In this document: one piece after another, positions 46,776 to 64,000 of the stretch
Layout of the letters: every line of letters begins with the position of its first letter
Numbering within the stretch: the first letter of the stretch is position 1
Assembly (NCBI RefSeq): GCF_009914755.1
Contig: NC_060948.1
Reading direction: 5' to 3' (one strand)
Length of the DNA stretch: 64,000 nucleotides
Source: the human T2T-CHM13v2.0 reference genome, Homo sapiens
The notes under the pieces: generated by a model
Database searches by the model: none
Told to the model about the DNA's origin: nothing
Seen by the model: the letters and a program-made list of their open reading frames with translations, nothing else
Made by a program: the position numbers and the translations under genes

Positions 46776-49318
46776 TTGTAGCATTTTTAAGCACTGCATG
46801 CAAATGACATGACTCTCTTTCCTCATCCTTTCAAGCAACTTTTCTTCCCGGAAATTGCCTACAAGGAGAATATTTGAAAATTCCTGATTCAGCATGTAGG
46901 TGTCTTGGCTATCACACCTGTTTCATTACCACAGAGAAAACTGACATATAACTAGGCACAACTCATAGGCATAATAATGACTCATACCTCACAAATAGGA
47001 GTAATTTTTGACTCTCGTTATGGGCTTTAGAAATATAAGTGATTAATACTCTCAGCTAAAAAAAAAAAGGTCTGAGATTATAATGGCCTCAGAAATTTTA
47101 TAAAGCCTTTGGCTTGTGCAGAGAGTTTAATGACAGAACACAGAAGAAAGATAAAATTCTGAGTCTCATACACACATCCAGCTGATAGTAAAGACCGTCA
47201 CCATCTCATATATATGAAGCCAGATGTCACTACTGAAAACAAGATATGTGCGGTATTGTAAATCTTATCCAGGAAATTTTCTGCCAGTGTGGCTGTGACA
47301 TAAATATTTGCCAAGCACCTCTGTGATTTGACTCTCCAGACTGGTTTCATCCCACATATGTTATTGTGATATGTACCTAGGCCAACCTCTAGGTGAGGTA
47401 ATTCTCCTGCCTGGGCCTTGCTGTCAGTGAGAATCATAACATATCAGTAGATTCAGCACCCTAGTCATGTTATGTTTTTGCCTGAGCCCTGCCTACAGAA
47501 ATCACTGTGACATATCACTAGGTCAACAACTTACGTGATGTAAGTCTCCTCATTTTAATGGGCCCTGTGCATTGTGGGGGATAGTGACATATGGCTGGGC
47601 TAGAAACAAAGCTGATGGTACTCTTTTGTGAGGGCCATGTCCTAAAAAGGGCATTATGACAAATCTCTGGGTCTTCACCTAGGTGATTTTGCTCTCCTAC
47701 TTGGGTCATGTTTACCTGTATAGTGACATGTTGCTAGGCTAAGTACAAATGTAATGCTACACTTTCACCAGGGCCATGCTTCAGGGGGACATTGTGACAT
47801 ATCTCTGGGCCTATCACTTAGGTGATATGACTCCCTGCTTGGGTCCTGCCCACATAGAGCATTGAAACATAAGGGCAAAAACTGCACCAGTTTGCTGTCT
47901 CTTGCTTGGGTCCTGTCCTAAGGGAGCCTTGTGACATAGCTCAGGATCCAGCATCAAGGTGATGTGGCTCTTTTGCCTGTTTTCACCTAACATGTAAGAT
48001 TGTGTCATGTATCTAGGGAAGCAACTACCTGATATGTGATATGAGTCTTCTGTTCTGTTTGAGCCCTGCCTACTTGGGATATTTGGCCATATATCTGAGC
48101 TCATGTCCTAAGTGATGTGACCCTGTTTTTCCACCAGAGACTTTATAATGGGTTAATGTGAACTATTTCTAAGTCCAATACTTAGATAATATAACTCTTC
48201 ATTTTTTCCTGAACTTTTCCCTAAGAAGAGGAATTGTGACATATTACTGGGCTGAGCACACAGATGATGCTTCTCTGCTGCCTGGGTCATTCATAAAGAG
48301 AGAATTATGGCATATATTTGGGCCCCCAACCCTGATGATGTAAGTCTCCTGCCTGTGACATAGCAACAGAAAGTATTTTAACATACCTTGGGCCCATGTT
48401 GTAGGTGTGTTTGCTCTCATCATTTGTCTATTTTTCTTCCAAATTTGGGATTGTGTTATATTGCTGGTTCCAGCAGCCCAGTTAATGTAACCTTCATTTC
48501 TACATCCTGCTTAGAGGGCATTGTGACATATTGCTTGGCAGAACACCTAAGTTGTGCTACCCTCTTGCCAAGTTTTTTCCTACAAATTGGATTATTAAAT
48601 TTACATTGCTTCTATTCAGAGGGATGATGATCAAATTTAAATTGTGATTACACCAATAGTTCATATTTTGCCTCTCGTCGCTATGTATATGGCAATAGGT
48701 AATGTTATGAGTTGTATATTTGTACAAAACTTAGAGAATGTTACAACTCTAACTCAGATTCTATAAACTTACTGGGTGGTACACAGAGTTTTATAACAGG
48801 GTCCAGCAAAAGATTAAGATTGTGATTCTTGATTACATATGCAGATGAGAACAAATGTTGTCATCATCCCACATTTACAAAAGCCACTGTTGAATTCCTG
48901 AATCTAACAAGTAAATAAGGTACAAAGATGGAATTTTGACTTTCATATGTGGATCTTGCTACAGATGAGATGGTGACTTATTTCTGGACACAGATCACAG
49001 GCATAATAATGAGTCTCCCATCTCAACCCAGCCTATAAGGGAGATGTTGACTCATAGCTGGGTTTAAAGCAATATATAAGATTGTGAGTCACTATGAGCA
49101 TGTATGCCTCAGAGTGGATTGCTACTCTTATGTATGTTGCATAAAGCTTTCCAATGTTGTAGAATGTGTCATACGGTGAGCCAGAAAACACATGAGATTG
49201 TCACTCTCATATACACATCAAGCTAGAAGTTAAAGATGTCACACTAAAAAATGAAGAGATTGTGTCCTATCTCTAGGCCTAGTACTCCTAGGCGTTGAGA
49301 ATTTTTTGCTTAAATTCT

Positions 49319-54502
<5,184 letters not shown>

Positions 54503-57500
54503 GCTTAAATTCTTTACCATGGGTGCGTTGTGAGGCATCGCTGGGTTAGAGTGATAAAAAGATGACTCTTGCTTGGACCCCAGCACCATGGGATATTACC
54601 ACATATCTCTGGGCCTATCAGGTAGGTGATGTGTCTCTCCTCCCAATGTCATATCCACAGGGGACACTGTGACATATTGCTGGATATAGCATCTAGATAA
54701 TGTGAATCTCCTCTGCTGCCTGGATCCTGCCCACTGAACAATTTGTGACTACCAATGAGTATAAAACCTAGGTGATGTGACTCTAACTTTGTTCTGTACT
54801 CTGTCATGAGAGGGAATTATAACATATTGCTGAGCATGGCACCTAGGGGTGTGACTATCCACTATTTTTTCAACGATGTATACAGTGGGCATGATGACAT
54901 ATTATTGGAGATTGTACCCAGGTGATATGAGCCTTCTGACTGGGTTCTGCCTACAGAGGAGATTATAATGTATGCCTGGCTAAGGACCCAGATGATGTGA
55001 CTCTTCTGTCTGGTCTCTGCCCAAAGGTAAAATTGGACTTATTTGTGAAATCAGTTCATATGCACAACAATAACTTTCATAGATTGTCCAAGCCAGGGGG
55101 GATATTTTGAGTCTCATTGCTAGTCTTATGGCCATGGGTAAAGTCCTAGACTCCCACCTATGAGAATTCACAGAAAAGTGTGCTACTCAGGTATATCACA
55201 TAAAGCATGAGTGGTACAAAGAGTTTCCTGACAGGCACCAACAAACATGTGCTACTTTGAATCTTGGATGCATACCCAGCTGACACAATTTTCATTCTCA
55301 TACATAAGCTGAGCCTACAAATGAGGTACTAAGTCTCACACACATCAGCAGTCAAATCTTAAAATTGTAATTCTTATACATGAATCTGATCCACAGGTGG
55401 TTTGGTGACATTTGAACCTCGATTCAGCAAACCCGTGGTGCTTCGACTCTATTAATGGAGCACAATCTTCAAGTGGGATTGGGGCTGTTATGCATGCATC
55501 TTGCCCATTGTTGAGATTGTGACTGCTGTACTTTGATCCAACTCATAGGAGATGTTGACTCTCACACCCTAAGCCAGTACTTGTGTGTGACTGTGAAATG
55601 TATTTCTGAACATTTTTGAGTGTGTGATTAAAAAGTATAACTTTGACCAGCATCTGAATGTTTTGACTCTCCTTTCTAGGCCCAGAGCACAGTTCAAGCT
55701 GTGACATATGTGCGCCAATCACCTATGCAATATATAGCACCTTCTTTGGCAATAGGACAAAGGGCAATTTACATATCCCTGAAAGCAGCACCCAGCTGAT
55801 GTAAAATCTTGGCCTGAACCCTGCCTACAGACAGCATTGTGGCTTTTATCAAGGTCCATCATATAAGTGATGTGACTTCCTTCTACTGCCTTGGCCTTGA
55901 ACTTCTGGTGCATTGTTACACATAACTGGGTACTGCACCCATGTGATGTGACCCTTCGTTTGGTGGGGGGAGGTTGTACTAATACAAAAACTATGTAACA
56001 TATCATGTGGCTCAGCACCTAGGTGATGTTTCTTCTCTCTTGACTGAGCGCTGACCACCAGAGAGATGGTGACATATAGGTGAAACTAGCACAAGGTAAT
56101 TTCACTCTCCTGCCTTGGTCCTAAATATAGGGGCCATTGTGACATATACCCAGGCCAATTGCCCGGGTGAGGTTTGTGTCCTCTCCAGCTTAAGCCCTGC
56201 CCACAAGAGGGGTTTAGATATATGATTGAAACTAGCATCCTGATGATGGGACTCTTCTTCTAGAGGTCTGTCCACAACAAGGATTGTGACATTCAACTAG
56301 GCCAGCATCCACTCAGGTGATAAAAATTTCCTTTTTTCTCCATGTTCACAGGTTATATTGTGCCATATATGTGAGACCAGATCAAAGGCCTGATAATGAC
56401 CCTTGTACCTGAAGCCAGGATGTGCAGAATGGTGACTCTCATCCCTGAAACTTTTTATAGGTGTTATTGTGACATTTTTGTTTGCCAATCTCCTGAATGA
56501 TTTAATAATCCGACTTAGTTATAGCTGAGTTGACATTTTGACTTATGTCTGGGCAAAACCTTGATGATTTGACTCTTGTGTCTAAACTGTGTCTTCAAAA
56601 GGGATCATAACATATTGCTGGATTCATCTTCTAGGTTCTGTGTCTCTCCTCTCCTGCATGAACCTGATTCCAGTGCAGACTGTAGCATTTTTATGCACTG
56701 AATTCAAATGACACAATTCTATTGCCTGGGCCCTTTTCAACAGGAGTCATTGTGACATATCTCTGGGGCCATGGTTTAGGTAATATGACTCCACTCTCCT
56801 TCCTGGACATTCTCCACAAGGGGCATTATGCCATGGAGCTTTGCCTAGCATGCAAAGTTTGTGAATTTTCTGTTAGAGTCTTGCTTTCAAAGAGTATATT
56901 GGAATAATTCTGGATGAAAATTTAGGTGACGTGATTGTCCTGTCTGTTTAGTAAGCACAGAGGAAATGGTGACATTTACCAAGGCACAGCTAACAGCCAT
57001 GATCATGAGTCTAATATGGAGACCCAGCCAATAAGATAAAGTTGACTTTTGTCACAAGATTTTGGGACATGAGTGATGTCAATGATCTTCTTTTGGTAAA
57101 AAGCCACAAAAAATTATAACTAACACATGTATTTTGTAACACCCTTGGATACAGAGTGTCATAATGCCTAGCACACAGAGAAAATTATGAGTCTCATATG
57201 CAAACTAAATAACAGCAAGGACTTTCAACATCAAAGAGGAATGAAAGCAACTGTCCTACATAAAAAGAGGACATGTGTGGTATTGTAAATCTAATCCTTA
57301 GAATTTAATTCCATTGTGAATATGATATAAATCTTTCCCAAACACCTGTGTGATTTCACTCTTCAGATTGTTTTCAGCCTATTTATGGAATTTTGATATC
57401 TATCTGGGCCCATTTTGAAGTGATGTGACTCCTCTGCCTGGGCTCTGCTCTCAATAAGAATTATGACATCACTGGATCTAGCACCCAGGTGATGTTACAT

Positions 57501-60500
57501 TCTTGCCTCCCACAGACATCATTGTGATGTATCACTGTATCCATCACTTAGAAGAGGACGCCAGGGCCATGCCCAAAAGAGGGCATTTTGACCTATCAGA
57601 AGTCTATCATGTAGGTGATATGGCTCTTCTTGGGTCCTGCCCACTTGAATAATGATACATTGCCAGGCCGGGCACAAAGGTAACTGTACTCTTTTGCCAG
57701 GGCTATGCTTTAAAGAAGTTTTTGTGACATATCTCTGAGCCTATCACCTAGGTGATGTTACTCCCTGCTTGGCCCTGTCCAATGTAGCTCTGTGATATAA
57801 GGGTGGAACCTGCACCTAGGTGATGTAAGTATTTTGCCTGGGTCCTATTCTAAGAAGGACTTGTTTTCATCTCAGGACCCAGGACCAGTTGACATGGCTC
57901 TTGAGTCTGGTTTCCACCCACATATTAATTTGTGATATATACCAAAAGAAACACCTGTGTAATATGACTTCCTTTTTCTGCCTGAACCTTGGCTACTGGT
58001 GACATTGGGCCATATCTCTGAGCCCAGGACCTAATTGATGTGAGTCTCTACTTCTCTCTGGGCCTTTACAGTAGGAGGATTGTGACATATTGATGAGTAA
58101 AGTACTTAGGTAATGTGACGCTCATCTTGTTGCTGAATAATGCCCATGAAATGGACTTTTGTTATATTTCAGGGCCCAGCACCACATGTTGTTACTACAC
58201 CGCATAGATCATACATAAAGAGAAAATTATAGCATATAGCTGCACCCAGCTCCCTAATGATGTGACTCTTCTGCCTATGCCAGAGCCACAGAAGGAATTT
58301 TGACGTATCCATTGTTTATTCTGCAGGTTCTTTTGGCTCTCATCACTTTACTGGGTTTCTTCCATGTGTGGATGTATCGCTTTGCTTTCTCCTGCCGTCT
58401 GTTAATGTAACCCTATTTCCTAGGTCCTGCCTAAATAGAGCACTATGGCATATTGCTTGGCACAGCACCTAAGTGATGTTAATCTTCAGCCTAGTTTTTT
58501 GCCCACAAATGGGATTATGACATATACCTGTCTTCAGTTCAAAGACATGTTGATCAAGCCTATATTTGGATTCAGCCAATAGGAGATATGTTGCCTCTCA
58601 CCACTAGGTTGTTGTCAATAGGCAAGGTCCTCCATTGTATATTTGTACAAATCTCACAGAAGCTTACAACATTAACTCATATCATAAAAACTTCTTGTGT
58701 GGTACAGAAAGGTTCATAGTGGGGTCTGAAAAAGTTAAAATTGTGACTTTCATCTAGATACTCAGTTGAAAGTAAGAGTTGTTACCATCCTACATTTACA
58801 AAACATTGCTGAGGTCCTGAGTCTAAAAAGTCAATACAGAACTAAGTTGGCATTGTGACTTTCCTAAACGAATCTGGTCACGGGCAGAATGGTGAGTAAT
58901 TTCTGGACCCAGCTCACAGACATAATAGTGGTCTCATCCCTGAAACCAGCATATAGGAGAGATGTTGACTGTCATACCTGAGTTTAGGGCAATATGTAAG
59001 GTCCTGAGTCCCTACAAGCATGTAGGCCTCAGAGAGTTTTGCAACTCTGATGTATGTTGTATAAACATCTCAGGTGTTGTAAAGAGTGCCAGGCAACAAA
59101 CAGCATACACGTGAGATTGTGACTATCATACACAACTCTATAACAGTTAATGGTGTCACCCTTAATAATGAGGTGATTGTGTTACCTCCCTTGGCAAAGT
59201 AAACCAATGTTGACTTTTTGGTTAAAATTCGTTTCCGTAAGGGCTTTGCTAAATATCACTGGTCAGAATATTGATACAGTTACTCTTCTGTCTGAGTCCT
59301 GCAAACAGAGAATATTCTCATTTATCTCCAGGCCTATTGGCTAGGTGATTTATCTCTCCAGCCAGTGCCCTGCCCAAACAGGACACTGTGACATATTGAT
59401 AGATACAACATCTAGGTAATGTGAATTATCACTCCTGCCTGGATCCTGCCCACTGAAAAAATTTTGATATACCACTGAGTGCAAAACCTAAGTGACATGA
59501 CTCTTTTTTGTTTTCCTGGACCCTGCAAAGTGAGGTAATTATTATACTTTACTGATCCCAGCCCCCAATGGTGTGACTTCCTTTTTTTTTTCTTCTTTAA
59601 ACCTCTCTTCATTGGGCATGGTGACATATCACTTGAGGCAGTACCCAGATAGTGTGACTCTTCTGCCTGTTTTCTGCCCACTTCTTAGATTGGGATGCAT
59701 AATGAAGGAAGCAGCTGGGTGATATGACTCTCCTTTTCTTTCTGGGCCCTGACTACTGGGGACAGTGGGATATATCTCTGAGGCCATGATCTCAGTGAAT
59801 TGACTCTCTTCTTCTACCTGGTCTTTACAATGGGGGAGATGGTGATATATTGCTGAGCCCAGGACTCAGGTTATTTCACTCTCATTTTTCTCTTGAACCA
59901 TGGCCATAAACAGATATTTTGACATATTGCAGAGTCCAACACCTAGATAATGTTACTCTTTTACCTGGGTCATCTATATACAGAATATTATGGCATAATG
60001 CTTGGCCCAGAACCCTGATGATGTGACTTTCATGAGGATGCCAGAACACCAGAAGGTATTTTGACATACTCTGGGCCCACTATGTAGGTGTTTTGACTCT
60101 CACTTTTTGGCTTTTTATTCTTCCACATGTGGGATTGTGCTGTATTGCTGAGTTCAGCACCCAATAAATATGACTCTAATTCCTACACCCTGCCTAGAGA
60201 GGGTATTGTGACATGTTGCTTGTCACAGCACCTAAGTGATATTACCCTGTGGCATAGATTTTTTTGCCCACAAATGGGACTATGATATACACTTTACTTC
60301 AGTTTACAGGCATGATTGACAAACTTATATTTGAATTTAGCCAATAGGAGATATTTTGCCTTTCATCGCTAGGCCTAGGGAAATAGGTAAGGTCCTGGGT
60401 TGCATATTTATACCAAGCTCAAAGACCTTTACAACATTCACTCATAATGTATCATCTCCTTCAGTTATACAGAGAGTTTCATGACAGAGTCCACCAAAAG

Positions 60501-61350
60501 TTCAGACTTGGACTCTCAATTACACACCCAGGTGAAAGCAGATGTTGTCACCACCCTATATGTCCAAAGCCCACTGTTAGGGTCCTGAGTCTAACAAGTG
60601 AATGCAGTACAACATTGGAGCTGTTACTTTTATATGTGGATCTGACCACAAGTGAGAGGGTGAGTCATTAATGGATCCAGCTCACAAACATAAAAATGGG
60701 TCTCATTCCTGACCCCAGCTTACAGAAGAAATGTTGACTATTACACCTTGTTTTAGGGAAATATATACGTAAGATTGTGAATCTATAGGAACATGTAAGT
60801 CTCACAGTGGTTTGCAACTCTCATGCATGCTGTATAAAGCCTTCAAATGTAGGTAAAGTGTTATACAATGGTCCAGGAAACACAGGAGACTGTGAATCTC
60901 ATACACACCCAGATCACAGTTAGTAGGGTTACTCTCAAAGACAAGGAGATTTGGTATCTTACTAGGCCTAGTATCCAGGTGTTGAGACATTTTGGATTAA
61001 ATTTCTTTTCACGGGTGCATTGCTCCATATTGCTGGGTTAGAATCATAAAAATGTGACTCTTCTGCCTGGACCTGGCAACAGGGGCTATTATCACATATC
61101 TCTTGGCCTATAAGCTAGGTGATTTGTCTCTTCTCCTTGTGTCATGCCCCCAGCAGGCATTGTGAAATATTGTTTGGCATAACATTTAGGTAATATATCT
61201 CTCCTCTCCTGCCACATCCTGCTCACCAAAGAAATTGTGACATACCGCTGACTTCAAAACCTAAATAATGTAACTCTCCTTCATATTCTAGACTCTGCTC
61301 AGAGAGGTGGTGATTACATATTGCAGAGCCCAGCACCTAGGTTAAGTGAC

Positions 61351-61502
61351 CTTCTTCTTCTTCTTTCTTCTTCTTCTTCTTCTTCTTCTTCTTCTTCTTC
61401 TTCTTCTTCTTCTTCTTCTTCTTCTTCTTCTTCTTCTTCTTCTTCTTCTTCTCCTCCTCCTTCTCCTTCTTCTTCTCCTTCTCCTTCTCCTTCTCCTTCT
61501 CC

Positions 61503-61534
<32 letters not shown>

Positions 61535-61592
61535 CTTCTTCTTCTTCTTCTTCTTCTTCTTCTTCTTCTTCTTCTTCTCCTCCTTCTTCTTT
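61351..61592. repeat. Compound (CTT)n/(CTC)n trinucleotide microsatellite
   Basis: (CTT)4 CTTT (CTT)~28, mixed CTC/CTT core, CTA, (CTT)~24, CTC CTC (CTT)3. Confidence 0.97.
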
Positions 61593-61893
61593 ATTCTTCT
61601 GTCTTTGTTTTTGTTTTGAGACAGAGTCTTGCACTGTTGCTCGGGCTGGAGTGAAGAGATACAATGACAGCATACTTCAACCTCCGCCTTTAGGGGTCAT
61701 GTGATTCTCATTTATCAGGTTCCTGAGTAGTTGGCATTACAGGCACTTGCCACCAGGCCTGGCTAATTTTCTTTTTTAGTAAAGACTGTGTTTTACTATA
61801 TTGGCCAGGCTGGTCTCAAACTCTTGACTTCATGATCTGCCTGCCTTTGCTTCCCAAAATGATGCAATTACAGGTGAGAGCCACAGCACCCAG
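61593..61893 (-). mobile_element. AluS whose tail grades into the CTT repeat
   Basis: 'ttttgagacagagtcttgcactgttgc', 'ggccaggctggtctcaaactc', 'ttacaggtgagagccacagcaccc'. Confidence 0.9.
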
Positions 61894-64000
61894 TGGACTC
61901 TCCTCTCTTTCTTCTACCCTATCTATAGTGGGCTTGGTGACTTAACTATTTGAGGCTTTATCTATGTGATGTGACTCTTCTGACTAGGCTCAGACTACAA
62001 ATGAGATTATACTGTATCATTGGATTAGCACCAAGGTGATGAGCCTCTCCTGCCTTGTCTCTGCTCACAGCAGAAATTGTGACATATACCAGGGTTAAGT
62101 AAACATGTGCAATAAAAGTCTTATTACTGGACCTAGTCAGTAGAGATATTTTGACTTTCATAACCAGTCTCACAGCCATGGGTAAAGTCCTGGGTTATTC
62201 ACAATTATAAATTTTTAGAAAAATTATAACTCTAAAGTATATCATATAAATCTCAATGGTAGAAAGAGTTTCATAACACAATCCATCAACGACATGAGAA
62301 TGTGACCCTTGTATGCCCACTTAGCTGATATGATTGTCATCACACATGAAGAGAGTTAAACATGAGGTACTAAATCTCACACATAAAAAGCAGTCAAAGT
62401 TTGAAATAATTACTTTCATACATGGCTTTGATTCACAAGTGATTTGGTAACATTTGAACCATGATTCATCACACTTCTGGGGCTGTGACTCCTTTCCTGA
62501 AAACAATCTTAAAGTGAAATCGGGGCTCTTATACATGGATCTTGTCCATTGTTGAGGATGGGACTCCTCTACTTTGACCCAACTTATAGAAAGGGTTGAC
62601 TCACATACACGAATCCAACAATTGTGTGGGATGTGAAACTTATTTCCGAGAGTGTAATTTCCCAGCACAGGAATAATTGGACTCATTTTCTAGGCCCAGA
62701 CCACAGATAAAATTGTGCCCTATGTGGAACAAACACCTAAGCAATAGATAACACATTCCTCTTCTCTGCCTACAAAGGATACTTTATAAATTACTGGGAC
62801 CATCAACCAGGTGTTGTGAATTATCTGCCTGGAACCTGCCTACAAAGAAAAGTGTGTCTTATATCTAGGTTCATCACCTAAGTGATGTCATTCCCTTCTA
62901 CTGCCTTGGCCCTGAACTTACATGAATTGTGACACATAATTGGAAACTGCACCCAGGTGATGTTTTTGTTACTGCTTAAAGGAAGCTTGTAACATGTCAC
63001 TTGGCTCAGCATCTAGGTGATGTTTTCTTGCTTTTGCCTGGGTCCTGACCACAGAGATATTCTGAGATATTGCTTGAGCCAGCAGAAAGTTGAGTTCACT
63101 CTCCTGCCTTGGTACTGAACATTACAGACACTGTGAGTTGTATCTAGCTCAATTGCCTAGGTGAAGTAAGCCTTCTCTCTTGCTGAAGTCCCACACACAG
63201 AGGGGGTTTAGATATATCACTAAAACCGACATCCAGGTAATGTGACTCTTCTTCCAGGGTTTGGCCCACAAGGTGGTTTGTGACATCTCCTGGACCCATA
63301 CCCATGTAGGTTATGTGACTTTCTTACCCTCTTTCTGGCCACAGGTGATATTATGTCATATACCTGAGACCATAAGAAAAGTCTATTAACAACAAATATG
63401 CTAACATCCTGCACAAGTGCCGGGTGGTGACTCTTATTACTAAACCTTTCCATGAGTGTAATTGTGACATGTACCTTTGTCCATTTCCTGAGTGATTTAA
63501 TAATTCTGCCTAGGTATAGCCCAAAAAAGAGATTTTGACAAATACCTGGGGCAAGCACCTGGGTGATTTGAGCTTGCTAACTTAACAGTGTCCTCATGAG
63601 GCTTGTAACATATTTCTGGAGTAATTTTCTAGGTTACATGACTCTCCACTCCTGCCTGGACTCTAATTCTTCTGGTAATTGAAGCATTTCTAAACGTGGC
63701 ATCCAAATGATATGACTCTCTTGCCTGTGCCCTGTTAACAGGAGGCATTGTTTCATGTTTTGGGACCCATCATTTAGGTAATATGACAGTCCTCTCCTGC
63801 CTGGACACTGCCAACAGGGACATTGTGCCACAGAGCTGGACCTAGTGTAGAGGTCAAGTGACATTTCTGACAGAACCTTGCCTACAAAAAGATTACGGGA
63901 AAATTTCTGGCCCAGCATTTAGGTGATGTGACAGTTCTGCCTGCTTCAAAACTGGAGAGGGAATTGTAACATATAACTAGGAATGGCTCACAGGCATGAT

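Noticed and set aside
61314-61704. ORFs encoding poly-E, poly-S and poly-L
   Set aside because: They are translations of the stop-free CTT/GAA microsatellite plus Alu sequence.

Overview
Primate (human-like) repeat-rich DNA with no intact protein-coding gene. The left ~19.4 kb is a decayed duplicon on the - strand: a TRIM60-like pseudogene (coiled-coil and PRY/SPRY parts, Alu-interrupted) and the terminal zinc-finger exon of a non-processed ZNF736-like KRAB-ZNF pseudogene, among L1, Alu and LTR remnants. The remaining ~44.6 kb is diverged beta-satellite (BSR/Beta, ~68-72 bp monomers) with a ~4.8 kb higher-order unit and a strand flip at ~44.97 kb. This combination is typical of chrY duplicons and their 7q11 relatives; the chromosome is inferred, not proven. 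I found no credible new gene system. The most interesting signals are mechanistic scars: a twin-primed L1 that captured ~130 bp of nearby satellite at its inversion junction, a young inverted L1 with a 3' transduction, a double-hairpin templated repair junction, a near-pristine AluY, and a long compound CTT microsatellite. Identities and spacings were counted by eye; protein and repeat-family matches are recalled from memory, not searched.
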